Shown: positions 1-12,186 of the stretch, one piece after another | Numbering within the stretch: position 1 is the first letter of the stretch | Layout of the letters: each line of letters starts with the position of its first letter | Assembly: GCF_006345805.1 (NCBI RefSeq) | Contig: NW_021831864.1 | Location: forward strand, 1-64,000 | From: Octopus sinensis | Taxonomy: Eukaryota | Direction of reading: 5' to 3' | DNA: 64,000 nucleotides | Notes under the pieces: generated by a model | What the model was told of the DNA's origin: nothing | Databases searched by the model: none | What the model saw: the letters and a program-made list of their open reading frames with translations, nothing else | Program-made: the position numbers and the translations under genes

Positions 1-278
1 AAAATTTGGAATGAAGAATTTTAATTAGAGCTCTTTCCCTCTTTACACAACCTAACAAAAATTCTAATCATGACACATTTGTCCCTTACTACTCATGTTT
101 ATGCCCAGATTCCAAAATCCTAATCTTATGGAACCTATTCCAAGGGCTTTTGCTCCTGAAAAATGGAGCTGATGGAGCTCTAAAATGTGGGAGTTAAGGC
201 CCTTATTGGAGGAGTGGGGGTGTCTGAAAGTCAACTAGAGTAGTTAAATTGTTAGGAATCTTTTAACTTACTTTTTAC

Positions 279-677
279 TCTTTTACTTGTTTCAGTCATT
301 TGACTGCGGCCATGCTGGAGCACCGCCTTTTTAGTCGAAGAAATCGACCCTCAGGACTTATTCTTTGTAAGCCTAGTACTTATTCTATCGGTCTCTTTTG
401 CCGAACCGCTAAGTTACGGGGACGTAAACACACCACCATCGGTTGTCAAGTGATGTTGGGGGACAGACACAGACACACAAACACACACACACACACATAA
501 ATATACATATATACGACGGGCTTCTTTCAGTTTCCGTCTACCAAATCCACTCACAAGGCTTTGGTCGGCCTGGGGCTATAGTAGAAGACACTTGCCCAAG
601 GTGCCACGCAGTGGGACTGAACCCGGAACCATGTGGTTCTTTAACAAGCTACTTACCACACAGCCACTCCTACGCCT
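279..677 (-). mobile_element. tRNA-derived SINE, near full length (family A)
   Basis: Minus strand begins AGGCGTAGGAGTGGCTGTGTGGTAAG...GGTTCAGTCCC (A/B-box-like tRNA head), has an internal (CA)n and ends ...GAAACAAGTAAAAGAG. The same family recurs at 5892, 6299, 7711, 47690 and 61865. Confidence 0.9.
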
Positions 678-1294
678 ATGGGTCTTATATCTATTGAATG
701 TTCACTGGGTTTGTAAAAGAGAGCAAAGCTATAGGAAACCAAAAGACGAATGATCACAATAAGCAGTCAGCTACCCTACCCTCATCGTTACTACTCCCCA
801 ATGTAGGATTCCTCACCATTCAGGTGACGGGCACAACCATAAGATGCATTCCGGATCTATAGCAATTGGAAGGATGTAGGGAAAGTGTCACCTCTGGAGT
901 TTGCCAATTATCACTATGCCGATAAGTAACTAGACAAAATAAATTTGAAATCTATAAATCTCTTTGAATAACCAGTCACTTATCTGCGAAGGCCTTGAAA
1001 TCAATGTTCACATCTGAGGACTATCTCTGACCCAGTGAAAATAAAAAGACCCAAAGGAGATCTGCAACCAAATAACTTTACTCAACACTTTGGAGGCAAA
1101 TATTCTCCTCCTTTACTTGACAATTTATTCACCACATTGCAGAAATCACAATCTAAGTATATCCCAAAGCAAACTCTTACACTGTTGTACCATTGAATTA
1201 CAAATAACGGTCATCTTTTATGCTCGGGTGACCCTACAGCTTCCAAGTGTACAATTGTATTCATCTTGACTTTAAATAAATGAGTAAATTGTAG

Positions 1295-1335
<41 letters not shown>

Positions 1336-1893
1336 GGTATGTAGAAAAATACAACATGGACAAGAACGTATAACTCTTAGAAGACGATACAATAAACACG
1401 GACAGGACATTCGAAACCCTCAGTCTTCAGTCAAGAACCGGATCATCGTAGTAATTTCGGCTGATTAATCTTGAGATTACTAGATCACGGCCAGCCCTCC
1501 AAGAAAAACTAAGCAACGAGCATTAGAAAAACTAAGCTAGGAGCGTAGATTTCCTGGAAGAAGGATCGAATGCATACGGACACCAGGACAGCAAAAGGGA
1601 CGAATATAAAAAAACAAAAAAATAATGGAATACAGAAACATGAAATACAGAAGCATTAACGGTGAAAACAGCAACAAGTGTCTTACGACTGATAACAAGC
1701 ATATATATATATATATACATAAAAGAGTTGCGGAATGGATCAGATAAGACCCGGATTTTAGCTATTCCATTCCGTAAATCTATATTTCGCATATATGTAG
1801 AAGATATGTAGAAGGTTGAAAAGGAACACACGACTTGATATATATGGAAAAAAAGTCAAAGTAGAAAATGCTAAAATAATTTTATAAAAAACA

Positions 1894-1935
1894 TTTCAGT
1901 ACCGGTTTCAGTCATTGAGACTTTTTCAACTGTAA
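1894..1935 (-). ncRNA. Minimal type I hammerhead ribozyme motif, U3-A8 core variant
   Basis: Minus strand reads ttacag-TTGAAAA-AGTC-tcaat-GACT-GAAA-CCGG-T-A-ctgaaa: stem I 5 of 6 pairs, stem II 4 bp, palindromic stem III ACCGGT, GUA cleavage triplet. Confidence 0.6.
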
Positions 1936-2094
1936 GTATGGAAAACAATTAAATTTTGGAAAAATTAAATGAAAAGTTTTTTGAAAGAATTTTTGCATAG
2001 TATTCAAATACAAGGGACATTTTCCTTGTTTCTGTCTGTCTCTGTCTCTCTTGTTTACTCTTGTGGGTTCGAGGTCGTTGTGAATTCATGGCAG

Positions 2095-2212
2095 GGAAGA
2101 AGAAGAAGAAGAAGAAGAAGAAGAAGAAGAAGAAGAAGAAGAAGAAGAAGAAGAAGAAGATGGAGAAGAAGAAGAAAGAGGATGAGGAGGAAGAGGAAGA
2201 GAAGGAGAAGAA
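2095..2212. repeat. (GAA)n microsatellite
   Basis: Direct reading; pure for about 65 bp, then degenerate. Confidence 0.95.
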
Positions 2213-2219
2213 TGAAGGA

Positions 2220-2580
2220 GTGCCGTGATTGTAGTAGGATGTTAAATGGTCAAGTGCCCTGAAAGTGACTTGTTGTGGTTGGTAGTAGTGATTGAATTCT
2301 TGAGACATCTCTTTTGAATGTATTGTTTATAAAATTTGCGTTGGTGTTATTCTAACCAGCAACAGTGGTAAAGTTAGGAAGGAGGTGGCGGAGGGGAAGA
2401 CGAAGAAGAAGAAGGAGAAAGGGAAGGGAGAATAAGAAGGAATGTAGGTGGTATGATTGTAGTAGGATGTTAAATGGTAAAGTGACCTAAAAGTGACTCG
2501 TTATGGATTATAGCAGTGATTGGAACTGTTTTTTAATGAATTCCTGGGAATCTTAAATGTATCATTTTTAATATTTGCGT
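2220..2580. repeat. Diverged local tandem duplication (two ~120 bp copies separated by a GA-rich block)
   Basis: TGATTGTAGTAGGATGTTAAATGGT...AAAGTGACT...GTGATTG...ATTTGCGT occurs at about 2220-2340 and 2448-2580. Confidence 0.75.
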
Positions 2581-2716
2581 GTGATGAGGACAAATATCCG
2601 TCAAATGTAAATAATATATATGTACACACACACATACACACACACACACACACACACATAGTAGAAATGTGTTACAAAAAGAAAATATAAAATATAAAAT
2701 ACACGTGGAAATGTAA

Positions 2717-2889
2717 GGGGAAAATAAGAAAAATCAACGAAAATGCACATTGTAAATAAAAAAAGAAAAGGCTTTTTATGAAAGGTAACGACAGATATAT
2801 ACATGTATATATCTGTCGTTACCTTTCATAAAAAGCCTTTTCTTTTTTATTTACAATGTGCATTTTCGTTGATTTTTCTTATTTTCCCC
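2717..2889. repeat. Near-perfect spacerless palindrome with ~87 bp arms
   Basis: Centred on ACA|TGT at 2803/2804. The arms are reverse complements apart from one A-run indel, which explains the mirror ORFs 2601-2804(-) and 2803-2985(+). Confidence 0.95.
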
Positions 2890-2952
2890 CTATATATATA
2901 TAGATCGTTAGCCACTACACACATTTTTTCTCTCCTTGTTTTTTCTGTCTCC

Positions 2953-2988
2953 CTTTCAGTAGAAGAGCGTAAGCTCGAAACGTAAAAG
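2953..2988 (+). ncRNA. Degenerate minimal hammerhead motif in a ~190 bp TA-flanked element (about 2900-3085)
   Basis: cttt-CAGTAGA-A-GAGC-gtaa-GCTC-GAAA-CG-T-A-aaag: stems I and II and palindromic stem III (ACGT) are present, but the core deviates from CUGANGA at two positions. Confidence 0.5.
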
Positions 2989-3084
2989 ACTTTATCTATT
3001 CCTGAGCGTTATACTAATACACCTGTTTATTTTGTACACCACCTGCCTTCGTCTTTTGTTTTTCGTAAACTCTCCCTATATAAG

Positions 3085-3193
<109 letters not shown>

Positions 3194-3218
3194 TGTATGT
3201 ATGTATATATATGCATGT

Positions 3219-3249
<31 letters not shown>

Positions 3250-3254
3250 ACTGT

Positions 3255-3470
3255 ATGATCCAGGGATTGAGGTGCAAGAAGAAAGTATTCTTCATGCAAT
3301 CCATAGTAGATATAAAACAACAATTTATAGGGACTGTAGTGGTTTATTGAGACAGAAGGTTGTGGATTTCTTTTGTATCGAAGTACGATAAACAGAAAAC
3401 GTTCCTTTTATATTTCACGGTAGGTGAACAGGGTTGCCAGCTGTCCGTGTACGGATTCAAGAGTTACTGA
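3255..3470. repeat. Unclassified dispersed repeat, copy 1
   Basis: Shares blocks with 4239-4450: GATCCAG..GAGGT, TTTATTGAGAC, TTGTGGATTT, GTATCGAAGTA, TATATTTCACGGTAGG. Confidence 0.7.
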
Positions 3471-3531
3471 ATGGAGTAGATTAGATCCTAGCTGTAACCC
3501 TGATCATGTCTGCACCATTCTGTAACTCTTG

Positions 3532-3582
<51 letters not shown>

Positions 3583-3680
3583 ATAAAAAAGGTAAGACAA
3601 CAAAAGAAAGATACCTCGATATTATGTAGATAGAGGAATTTATCTGTAAATGTAATATGTGATAATTATTCGGTTGCCCT

Positions 3681-3741
3681 GATAAAACTCCGAGTTTCGG
3701 ATGCCGAGGTGGAAAACCACGCCTCCATCTCTTCAGTTATC
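3681..3741 (-). ncRNA. Type I hammerhead ribozyme motif with intact core
   Basis: Minus strand reads GATAA-CTGAAGA-GATG-(gaggcgtggttttccacctcgg)-CATC-C-GAAA-CTC-G-GAG-T-T-TTATC: stem I 5 bp (extends to 7 of 8), near-palindromic stem III, GUU triplet, one extra C at the base of stem II. Confidence 0.65.
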
Positions 3742-4238
3742 CGGCCATTTTCCGATGGCCGAAGAGATGGCGGTGTGGTTTTCCACCTCGGATAGATATA
3801 TCACTGAGAGCAATAGATTTAGTTGGCGGTCTTGTTATCTCTATTCTAGCTTTTGTTGAAGTAGAAGAGGTTAGAAAGGGTCAAGTAGTGAAAACATTAT
3901 TTCGGCCTAGCTAAAGGAATCTGGAAAACGTAAAACTGCTGTCAGAGAAGAACCATTGTTCCACCGTGGGAAAAGTTCTGGAGCAGTGTTAATTTAAATT
4001 TGGCTATAGTGGATCATTTTGGCCGCTATGGGTTTTGCACTAAATCACTAAATCATCCATAACTTTTGTATTATCCTCTCAAATTACACCAAAATCTCAG
4101 ACAATAACAATTAATATCGTGTTTATTGTGTGTGAAAATTATAGAAATTAAAACAACTTTGATAAAAACTTATACCTACTTTTTTGACAAAAACAATGCC
4201 GTTCTGAACATTTTGGCCGCAATTGTATATAAATCTAA

Positions 4239-4450
4239 GATCCAGTGACCGAGGTCTAAGAATAAAGTTATCTTCAAGCAATCCGTAGTCAATATTACAA
4301 AAAAATCTTTTAGAGACAGCGCTTTATTGAGACGGAAGTTTGTGGATTTTTCTCGTATCGAAGTAAGATAAGCTGAAGAAGTTGTTTTTTATATTTCACG
4401 GTAGGCGACCAGGTTTGACGGGTGTCCGAATAAAAATACAGGGTTTACTC
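4239..4450. repeat. Unclassified dispersed repeat, copy 2
   Basis: Homologous to 3255-3470. Confidence 0.7.
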
Positions 4451-4459
4451 CATAACTCT

Positions 4460-4492
<33 letters not shown>

Positions 4493-4497
4493 ATAAA

Positions 4498-4720
4498 CGA
4501 GGGTACTACATGAGTAGCTGCATCGCTAAAAACAGAAGTCAAAAATATTTTTCTGCCACGGATCTGTCACAAATCTAATACAGGCATGGTAGGAAAACAT
4601 TCAGTGAACAGTAAAATCGTCTTACCTCTGCTAGGTGAGCACAAGTAAAGCTGGCCAATCTGATGCCATGGTTTTGAAATTAGTACCAAAATGGTGCCTG
4701 TTTCTCCTCAGTCACAATCA
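4498..4720. mobile_element. Left arm of a mariner-type MITE (partial copy)
   Basis: Starts CGAGGGTACTACATGAGTAGCTGCATCGCT, which closely matches the reverse complement of the right TIR ending at 5229; internal sequence is homologous to 4926-5135. Confidence 0.7.
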
Positions 4721-4925
4721 GTCAGCGAACTAATACTAAAATTTTCCCCACCATGTCTGAAAAACTATTTAAACAAAAGAAATACGTGAAACTATCTATA
4801 AGTAAATATAGAGCGATTGTACTACTAAAATGCCATCAGTAGTAGTAAGCGAACATCAGCTGTACAGGCAAATTAATAGAATATATACATACAATATAAA
4901 ACTTGTACTTACATGTATATATACA

Positions 4926-5229
4926 CGAGGGTGGTACATAAATAATTGCATCGCCAAATATAGAGGTCAAAAATACTTCTCGGCCAGACACAAATCTAAT
5001 ATACGCATGGCAGGAAAAAAAATCCTATGAACAATATAATGGTCTTAGCTCTGCTAGATCAGCACGAGTAATTCTGGTCAATCTGACACCAGGGTTTCGA
5101 AATTAGCACACAAAAGTGCCTGTTTCTCCTCATTCAGGGTCTGGCAGATACCTACTACTAAAGTGCCATAGCAGAGACGAATTTTCGACTTCTATTTTCA
5201 GCGATGCAGGTACTCATGCCGTACCCTCG
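4926..5229. mobile_element. Tc1/mariner-type MITE with ~50 bp imperfect TIRs
   Basis: Left end CGAGGGTGGTACATAAATAATTGCATCGCC and right end GCGATGCAGGTACTCATGCCGTACCCTCG followed by TA. CGAGGG termini in a TA context are typical of mariner elements. Confidence 0.75.
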
Positions 5230-5700
<471 letters not shown>

Positions 5701-5826
5701 AGATATATGTAACAACAAACAATGCACAAAGACAATCTTATCTTTATTTCAGGTCACACCAAAACACCAGCCATTGTTTTAATTGCAGTAACTCATACAC
5801 ACACAGACATATTACAAACATATGCA

Positions 5827-5881
<55 letters not shown>

Positions 5882-5891
5882 GTGTATATAT

Positions 5892-6200
5892 TCTTTTATT
5901 CTTTTATATGTTTGAGATAATTGATTGCGGCCATGCTGCGGCACGGCCTTTAGTCAAAAACTCCAAAACTTATTCTTTGTAAGCCTGGTACTTATTCTAT
6001 CGATATCTTTTACAGAACCGCTAGGTTACGGAGACATAAACACACCAACGTCGGTTGTCAAGCGATGGTGGGGGTATAACTCCCGACACACAGGCACACA
6101 CGCTCAAACACACACACATAAACGACAGGCTTCTTTCAGTTTCGCTCTACCAAATCCACTCACAAGGCGTTGGTCAGCCGAGGCTATAGTGGAAGACACT
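5892..6200 (-). mobile_element. SINE family A lacking the tRNA head
   Basis: Homologous to 279-590. Confidence 0.85.
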
Positions 6201-6298
6201 AATAACTAGGAAAATATGTGTGTGTCTCCGTGTGTTTTTGCGCGCGCGCGCGTGTGTATGTGTGTGTGTGCGTACCATATATATACATATATATATAT

Positions 6299-6713
6299 TC
6301 TTTTACTATTTTATACTCTTTTACTTGTTTCACTGATCTGATTGCGGCAATGCTGGATCACCAGCTTTAATCGAATAAATCGATACAGGACTTATTCTTT
6401 GCACTCCTGGTACTTATTCTATCCCAATGTTTTTGCCGAACTGCTAAGTGTCGGGGACATAAAAACACCAACAACGGTTGCCAAGCGAAGGGGGACGGGG
6501 GACAAACACTGACGCAAACAACAAACGCATATATATATATATATATATGCGACGGGATTCTTTCAGTTTCCATCTACCAAATCCACTCTCAGGGCTTTGG
6601 TCGATCCGAGGCTACAGTGGGAGACACTTGCCCAAGGTGCTACGTAGTAGGACTGAATCCAGAACTATGTGGTTGGTAAGCAAGGTTCTTACGAAACAGC
6701 AACTCCTGCGCCT
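6299..6713 (-). mobile_element. SINE family A, near full length
   Basis: Homologous to 279-677 including the head end (...CTCCTGCGCCT). Confidence 0.85.
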
Positions 6714-6727
6714 ATACATATATATAT

Positions 6728-6769
<42 letters not shown>

Positions 6770-6779
6770 ATATTATATA

Positions 6780-6828
<49 letters not shown>

Positions 6829-7012
6829 ATATATACATATAGCAAATAAGATAATGGAGTGGATATGAAACGGCAAGCATCATCCGGTAGACATTCCAGT
6901 GTGTCTATTTATTCCAAAGCATTAGAAAGTATTAGAAGAAAACATACACATGTAGTAACCATGTGTTACACACTCATGTATTAATATTACAAGAAAGAGC
7001 AAAAGATCAGTT

Positions 7013-7135
7013 CCTTACGGCCGTTTCTGCTAAGAGGCAACGAAATCCTCCATGCCATCTCCATCTCTTCAGTGTTCTGTAGGGATGGGCAGATAAGTTT
7101 TGGATGATGAGTGTGCCTCTAGGCTGCTTCAGAGG
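7013..7135 (-). ncRNA. Degenerate hammerhead motif with extended stem II, in a TA-flanked element (about 6840-7670)
   Basis: Minus strand reads cct-CTGAAGC-AGCCTAGAGGCA...TGCCTCTTAGCA-GAAA-CGGCCG-T-A-agg: palindromic stem III ACGGCCGT and GUA triplet, but A9 is replaced by C and stem II has mismatches. Confidence 0.55.
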
Positions 7136-7666
7136 GTCTAAGTGGTTAGGAGGGCTAATACATATAATTAACAATTAACAATAGGTGCAGTGTATTTGTC
7201 ATTATAGAAAAGAGCAGAAAAACAATAGGAGCAAACATGAGACTGTGAGAGAAGGACAACTTATTGAAATGAATTAGGTACAGAAAGGGGAAATAAACTA
7301 CGAACTTCCCTTGGTGTAATCCAGGATCCATGTTATTCCATCCAATGGTGGATAGATGAGTATAGTCGTTCTTGGGAGGAGTTTTTAGGAAGGGCGAATT
7401 TAGGCATTAGTTCGCATTATGTTTGCATAGAAATTCACATTATGTTTACATAGAAATAAAGTGGTGTTACAGAGGTGAAAGTTCATATGTAAAGTGCCAG
7501 CTAGTAGGTTCGAATTTGCGGATGGAATGGCATAAGGTGCCTATGATGGTGAACCCACCATGGGAAAATTTGGTATATAAGCGTACTAATGAGAGTAAGG
7601 AACCAGATGGTGACTAAAAGGCGCTATCCCTTAGTTGGTTGGCTTCACAACCTCTAACTCTCAGAG

Positions 7667-7700
<34 letters not shown>

Positions 7701-7710
7701 GTATGTATGT

Positions 7711-7874
7711 ATGCGACGGGATTCTTTTAGTTTCCATCTACCAAATCCACTCACAAGGCTTTGGTCAGTCCGAGGCTATCGTGGAAGACACTTGCTCAAG
7801 ATGCCACGTAGTAGGACTGAACCTAGAACCATGTGGTTGATAAGCAAGCTACTTACCACACAGCCACTCCTGCG

Positions 7875-7877
<3 letters not shown>
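7711..7877 (-). mobile_element. SINE family A, 5' half
   Basis: Homologous to 513-677. Confidence 0.85.
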
Positions 7878-7914
<37 letters not shown>

Positions 7915-8383
7915 AACTATATTATTAAAATTAATAATTTAACGGCGGCGCATCAGCATGGCCGCAGCTCTGACCTGAAACTAAAAAAAACATATCATCA
8001 AAAATATATTTGTTTGTGTGTATGAGTGTGTGTGTGTGTGATATATATATATACACAATATTAAAATTTATAATATCTACGAAACTATGTTTGTGTGTTT
8101 GTGTGTTTGTGTGTGTTTGTGTGTGTTTGTGTGTGTTTATGTGTGTATGTGCGTATGTTTGTGCGCGCGTGTGTGTGTGAAAGCGCTTGGCTTAGTGGTC
8201 AGTTTATTCGGCTCCCGATCATAAGGATATATTGTCGGTCGCGAGATCTATCTGGATTTTTGCAGAAGATCAGCCTGGAGGAAAAAGAAAAGAAGGAAAA
8301 AATCCTAATATCCTTAGATGCCGAGAACTTTCCTAAGAATCTTAGCTGTCCCTAATAACACTGATTTCTGGAGAGAGGGGGAC

Positions 8384-8436
<53 letters not shown>

Positions 8437-8586
8437 CAGAAATAGAAAAGTTGTCAGCCATAATTTATGCATAAATTAAAACTTACAGCTTAATTGACAG
8501 GGAAGTCGTCGCAGTGTTTACTTTCGGTCTGGGTAAATATCCTAAACCAGCGAAGCAGTAATAAAAGTGATTGTAATTATTATATC

Positions 8587-8773
8587 GGTTTCAAAATTTG
8601 GCACAAGGCCAGCAACTTCGGGCGAGGCTGTCACTCGTTTGTAACGACCACAGTGCTTGACTGATCGACCTTGAAATGATGAAAGGCAAATTTGAACTCC
8701 TGACGTACAGACGGATGAAACGCCGCAAAACATTTCACCAGACGTGCAAACGATTCCGCCAGCTCGACGCCTC
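8587..8773 (-). mobile_element. SINE family B (degenerate)
   Basis: GGTTTCAAAATTTGGCACAAGGCC...GATGAAAGGCAAA...TTTGAACTC...CGATTCCGCCAGCTCG; related in opposite orientation to 59185-59357. Confidence 0.7.
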
Positions 8774-9383
8774 ACACTCGATTAATATCAATTATTGCTC
8801 ACAGTAAAACTCACAGAGACTTTGAAATTATACTGCAACCTCTCTCCTCTCTCTGGTGTAAAGAGGAATAAGAAAGTTTTTAATATTTTTTTTATCTAAA
8901 CAAGGATGTGTATGGACTATTTTTATAGTTTTGGGGGTTTTCTGCACTTGGTCTAGTGTTGGTCTAGTAACTCTGTTAAGTTCCGTCTTTCTCAAGAATA
9001 TGAGCCAGAGATGGCTACTTAAATGAAAGAACTTAAATGAAAGAGAAGAGCAGTACTTCAGATAATGTTATTCAATAAATGTCTCTTTTATATTAGGTTA
9101 TTCTTATTGTTATCGGAGCATTGGTTTCAATATCGCGCAATCTGAAAAAATATCTGAAAACTTTAGGAATAGCCTACAATCTAGGTGTATTGCAAAAGTC
9201 GGCATTAGCTGGAACTGCATGCCTATTGCGTGAAATGCTGTCTGTCTGAGGTCCTTGTTGTGACTTGACAAATAGTACAAACCCCCGGTAGACACGATAT
9301 CTTCAGTCAACAACCTCACGATGATGTATATTGTGCGATGTCGATGATGATGATGATGATGATGATGATAAGAATGTTATTAT

Positions 9384-9805
9384 TGAGTGATAGAGCAGTG
9401 AAAGCCATCAGTGACACTGGGGTAAAATATACGAAGCCCAGTATACCCATCATGACTACCCGTCTGATAAGGGTACACTAGACACATGCATCACAACGAT
9501 ATGTGTGCGACATGGTGATCTCATATTAAGATAAAACAGCACATGACCTTGTAGGTGGGACCCAGTTAGAATTTTCTTCTGGTAGAGTAGCCCATCCCGT
9601 TCAAAAGCTCCCTGAATAAGGGGTGTTTAAGGATGTTGAACGAAACACGCATGTTTCCAGAGGTGAATTAGTCAAACCCCAAAGAATCCCTCTCAACACA
9701 TGGCTATGATGCTCCCCCACTACTTTTGCTTTTGAACAGAGATGCACATATCGTCAGCCACTAAGGACATGGTTAACTGGTTAAGGTCCAACAACTGTCA
9801 AGCAA
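9384..9805 (-). mobile_element. Unclassified ~420 bp retroposon-like repeat ending in (TAA)n, copy 1
   Basis: Minus-strand end ...CACTCAATAATAA; a second copy lies at 11001-11415. Confidence 0.6.
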
Positions 9806-10275
9806 TGGACAGCAAATGGAGCTTATAAAACCTTTGTAGTATTTATGAGTTCTTCCGCCTGCCTTGTTCTACTCAATAAGAAACAACTTTCTTTTAAATT
9901 ACACACATTATCTAGATTCCTGCATGTGCAGTCTCAGTTCAGATATGATCAGGGTAAGATTCATATCAAGTTATACACATTTTGATACAATAGTTTACAT
10001 TCCTAAATTCGAGTCATGAAAAATCTATTTCTTGCAGCAAGGAAATTCACAAAAATTCATTCAAGTTCAAATTAGGAAATATTACAACTAAAATAGGAAC
10101 TTGCAAAGCACAAAATACAATATGACCTCTGCTCCGCTGGCCACAACATTTGTCATTCTAGTAAATAAATAATAAAATAAATTTACGTTCATTTTTAAGT
10201 AAATACTTTTTATTTCAAATATTTACAAAATAACGAAACTAAAATGAATCTTCAATATTTTATGACTTCTATTTG

Positions 10276-10966
10276 TCTATTATTATTATTACTATTATTA
10301 TTATTACTATTGTAATTATTAATAGTATTATTATTAATATTATTATTATTATTATTGTTATTATTATTATTGTTATTATTATTATTGTTATTATTATTAT
10401 TGTTATTATTATTATTATTATTATTATAATTATTGTTATTATAATTATTGTTATTATTATTATTATTAATATTATTATTATTATTATTATTGTTATTAAT
10501 ATCATTGTTATTATTATCATTGTTATTATTATCATTGTTATTATTATCGTTGTTGTTATTATTATTGTAATTATTATTATTATTATTGTTATTATTATTA
10601 TTGTTAATATTATTATTATTTTTGTTATTATTATTATCAATGTTATTATTATTATTGTTATTATTATAATTGTTATTATTATTATTGTTACTATTATTAG
10701 TGTTATTATTATTATTGTTATTATTATTATTGTTATTATTATTATTGGTATTATTATTATTGTTATTATTATTACTACTTCTACTACTACTACTACTATT
10801 ATTAATATTAATATTATTATTGATATTATTATTATTATTACTACTACTATTACTACCACTACTACTACAACTATTATTACTATTATTATTATATTATTAT
10901 TATATTGTTATTATTATTATTGTTATTAATATTATTGTTAATATTATTATTGTTATTATTATATTA

Positions 10967-11000
<34 letters not shown>
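10276..11000. repeat. (ATT)n microsatellite with GTT/ACT interruptions
   Basis: Direct reading. Confidence 0.95.
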
Positions 11001-11001
<1 letters not shown>

Positions 11002-12186
11002 GAGTGAGAGAGCAATTCATGCCATCAAAGTGACACTGGGGTAAAATAAACGAAGCCCAATATACCCATCATGACTACCCGTCTGATAAGGGTACACCAG
11101 GCACATGCATCACAACCATATGTGCGCGACATGGTGATCTCATGTCAAGATAAACAGCACATGACCTTATAGGTGGGACCCAGTTAGAATTTTCTTCTGG
11201 TAGAGTAGCCCATCCCATTCAAATGGTCCCTGAATATGGGGTGTTGAACGAAACACGCATGTTTCCAGAGGTGAATTAGTCAAACCCCAAAGAATCCCTC
11301 TCAACACATGGCTATGATGCTCCCCCACTACTTCTGCTTTTGAACAGAGATGCACATATCGTCAGCCACCAAAGGACATGGTTAACTGGTTAAGGTCCAA
11401 CAACTGTCAAGCAAATGGACAGCAAATGGAGCTTATAAAACCTTTGTAGTATTTATGAGTTCTTCCGCCTGCCTTGTTCTACTCAATAAGAAACAACTAT
11501 CTTTTAAATTACACACATTATCTAGATTCCTGCATGTGCAGTCTCAGTTCAGATATGATCAGGTTAAGATTCATCTCAAGTTATACACATTTTGATACAA
11601 TAGTTTACATTCCTAAATTCGAGTCATAAAAAATCTATTTCTTGCAGCCAGGAAATTCACAAAAATTCATTCAAGTTCAAATTAGGAAATATTACAACTA
11701 AAATAGGAACTTGCAAAGCACAAAATACAATAGACCTCTGCTCCGCTGGCCACAACATTTGTCATTCTAGTAAATAAATAATAAATAAATTTACGTTCAT
11801 TTTTAAGTAAATACTTTTTATTTCAAATATTTACAAAATAACGAAACTAAAATGAATCTTCAATTTTTATGACTTCTATTTATCTATTATTATTATTATT
11901 ACTATTATTATTATTACTATTGTAATTATTAATAGTATTATTATTAATATTATTATTATTATTATTGTTATTATTATTATTGTTATTATTATTATTGTTA
12001 TTATTATTATTGTTATTATTATTATTATTATAATTATTGTTATTATTATTATTATTATTAATATTATTATTATTATTATTATTATTGCTATTATCATTAT
12101 TGTTATTATTATTATTGTTATTATTATCATTATTATTATTATTATTATTATTATTGTTATTATTATTATTATTATTAATATTATTA

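Larger units (their letters stand above)
9384..12030. repeat. ~1.61 kb tandem segmental duplication (9384-10420 vs 11001-12030)
   Basis: The repeat element, unique sequence and start of the (ATT)n tract are all repeated at an offset of about 1607-1617. Confidence 0.92.

Noticed and set aside
1445-1505. Possible hammerhead on the minus strand (GGCTG...CAGCC-GAAA)
   Set aside because: Stem II and GAAA are present, but the core (TTGGAG), stem I and stem III cannot be built convincingly; at most a decayed relic.
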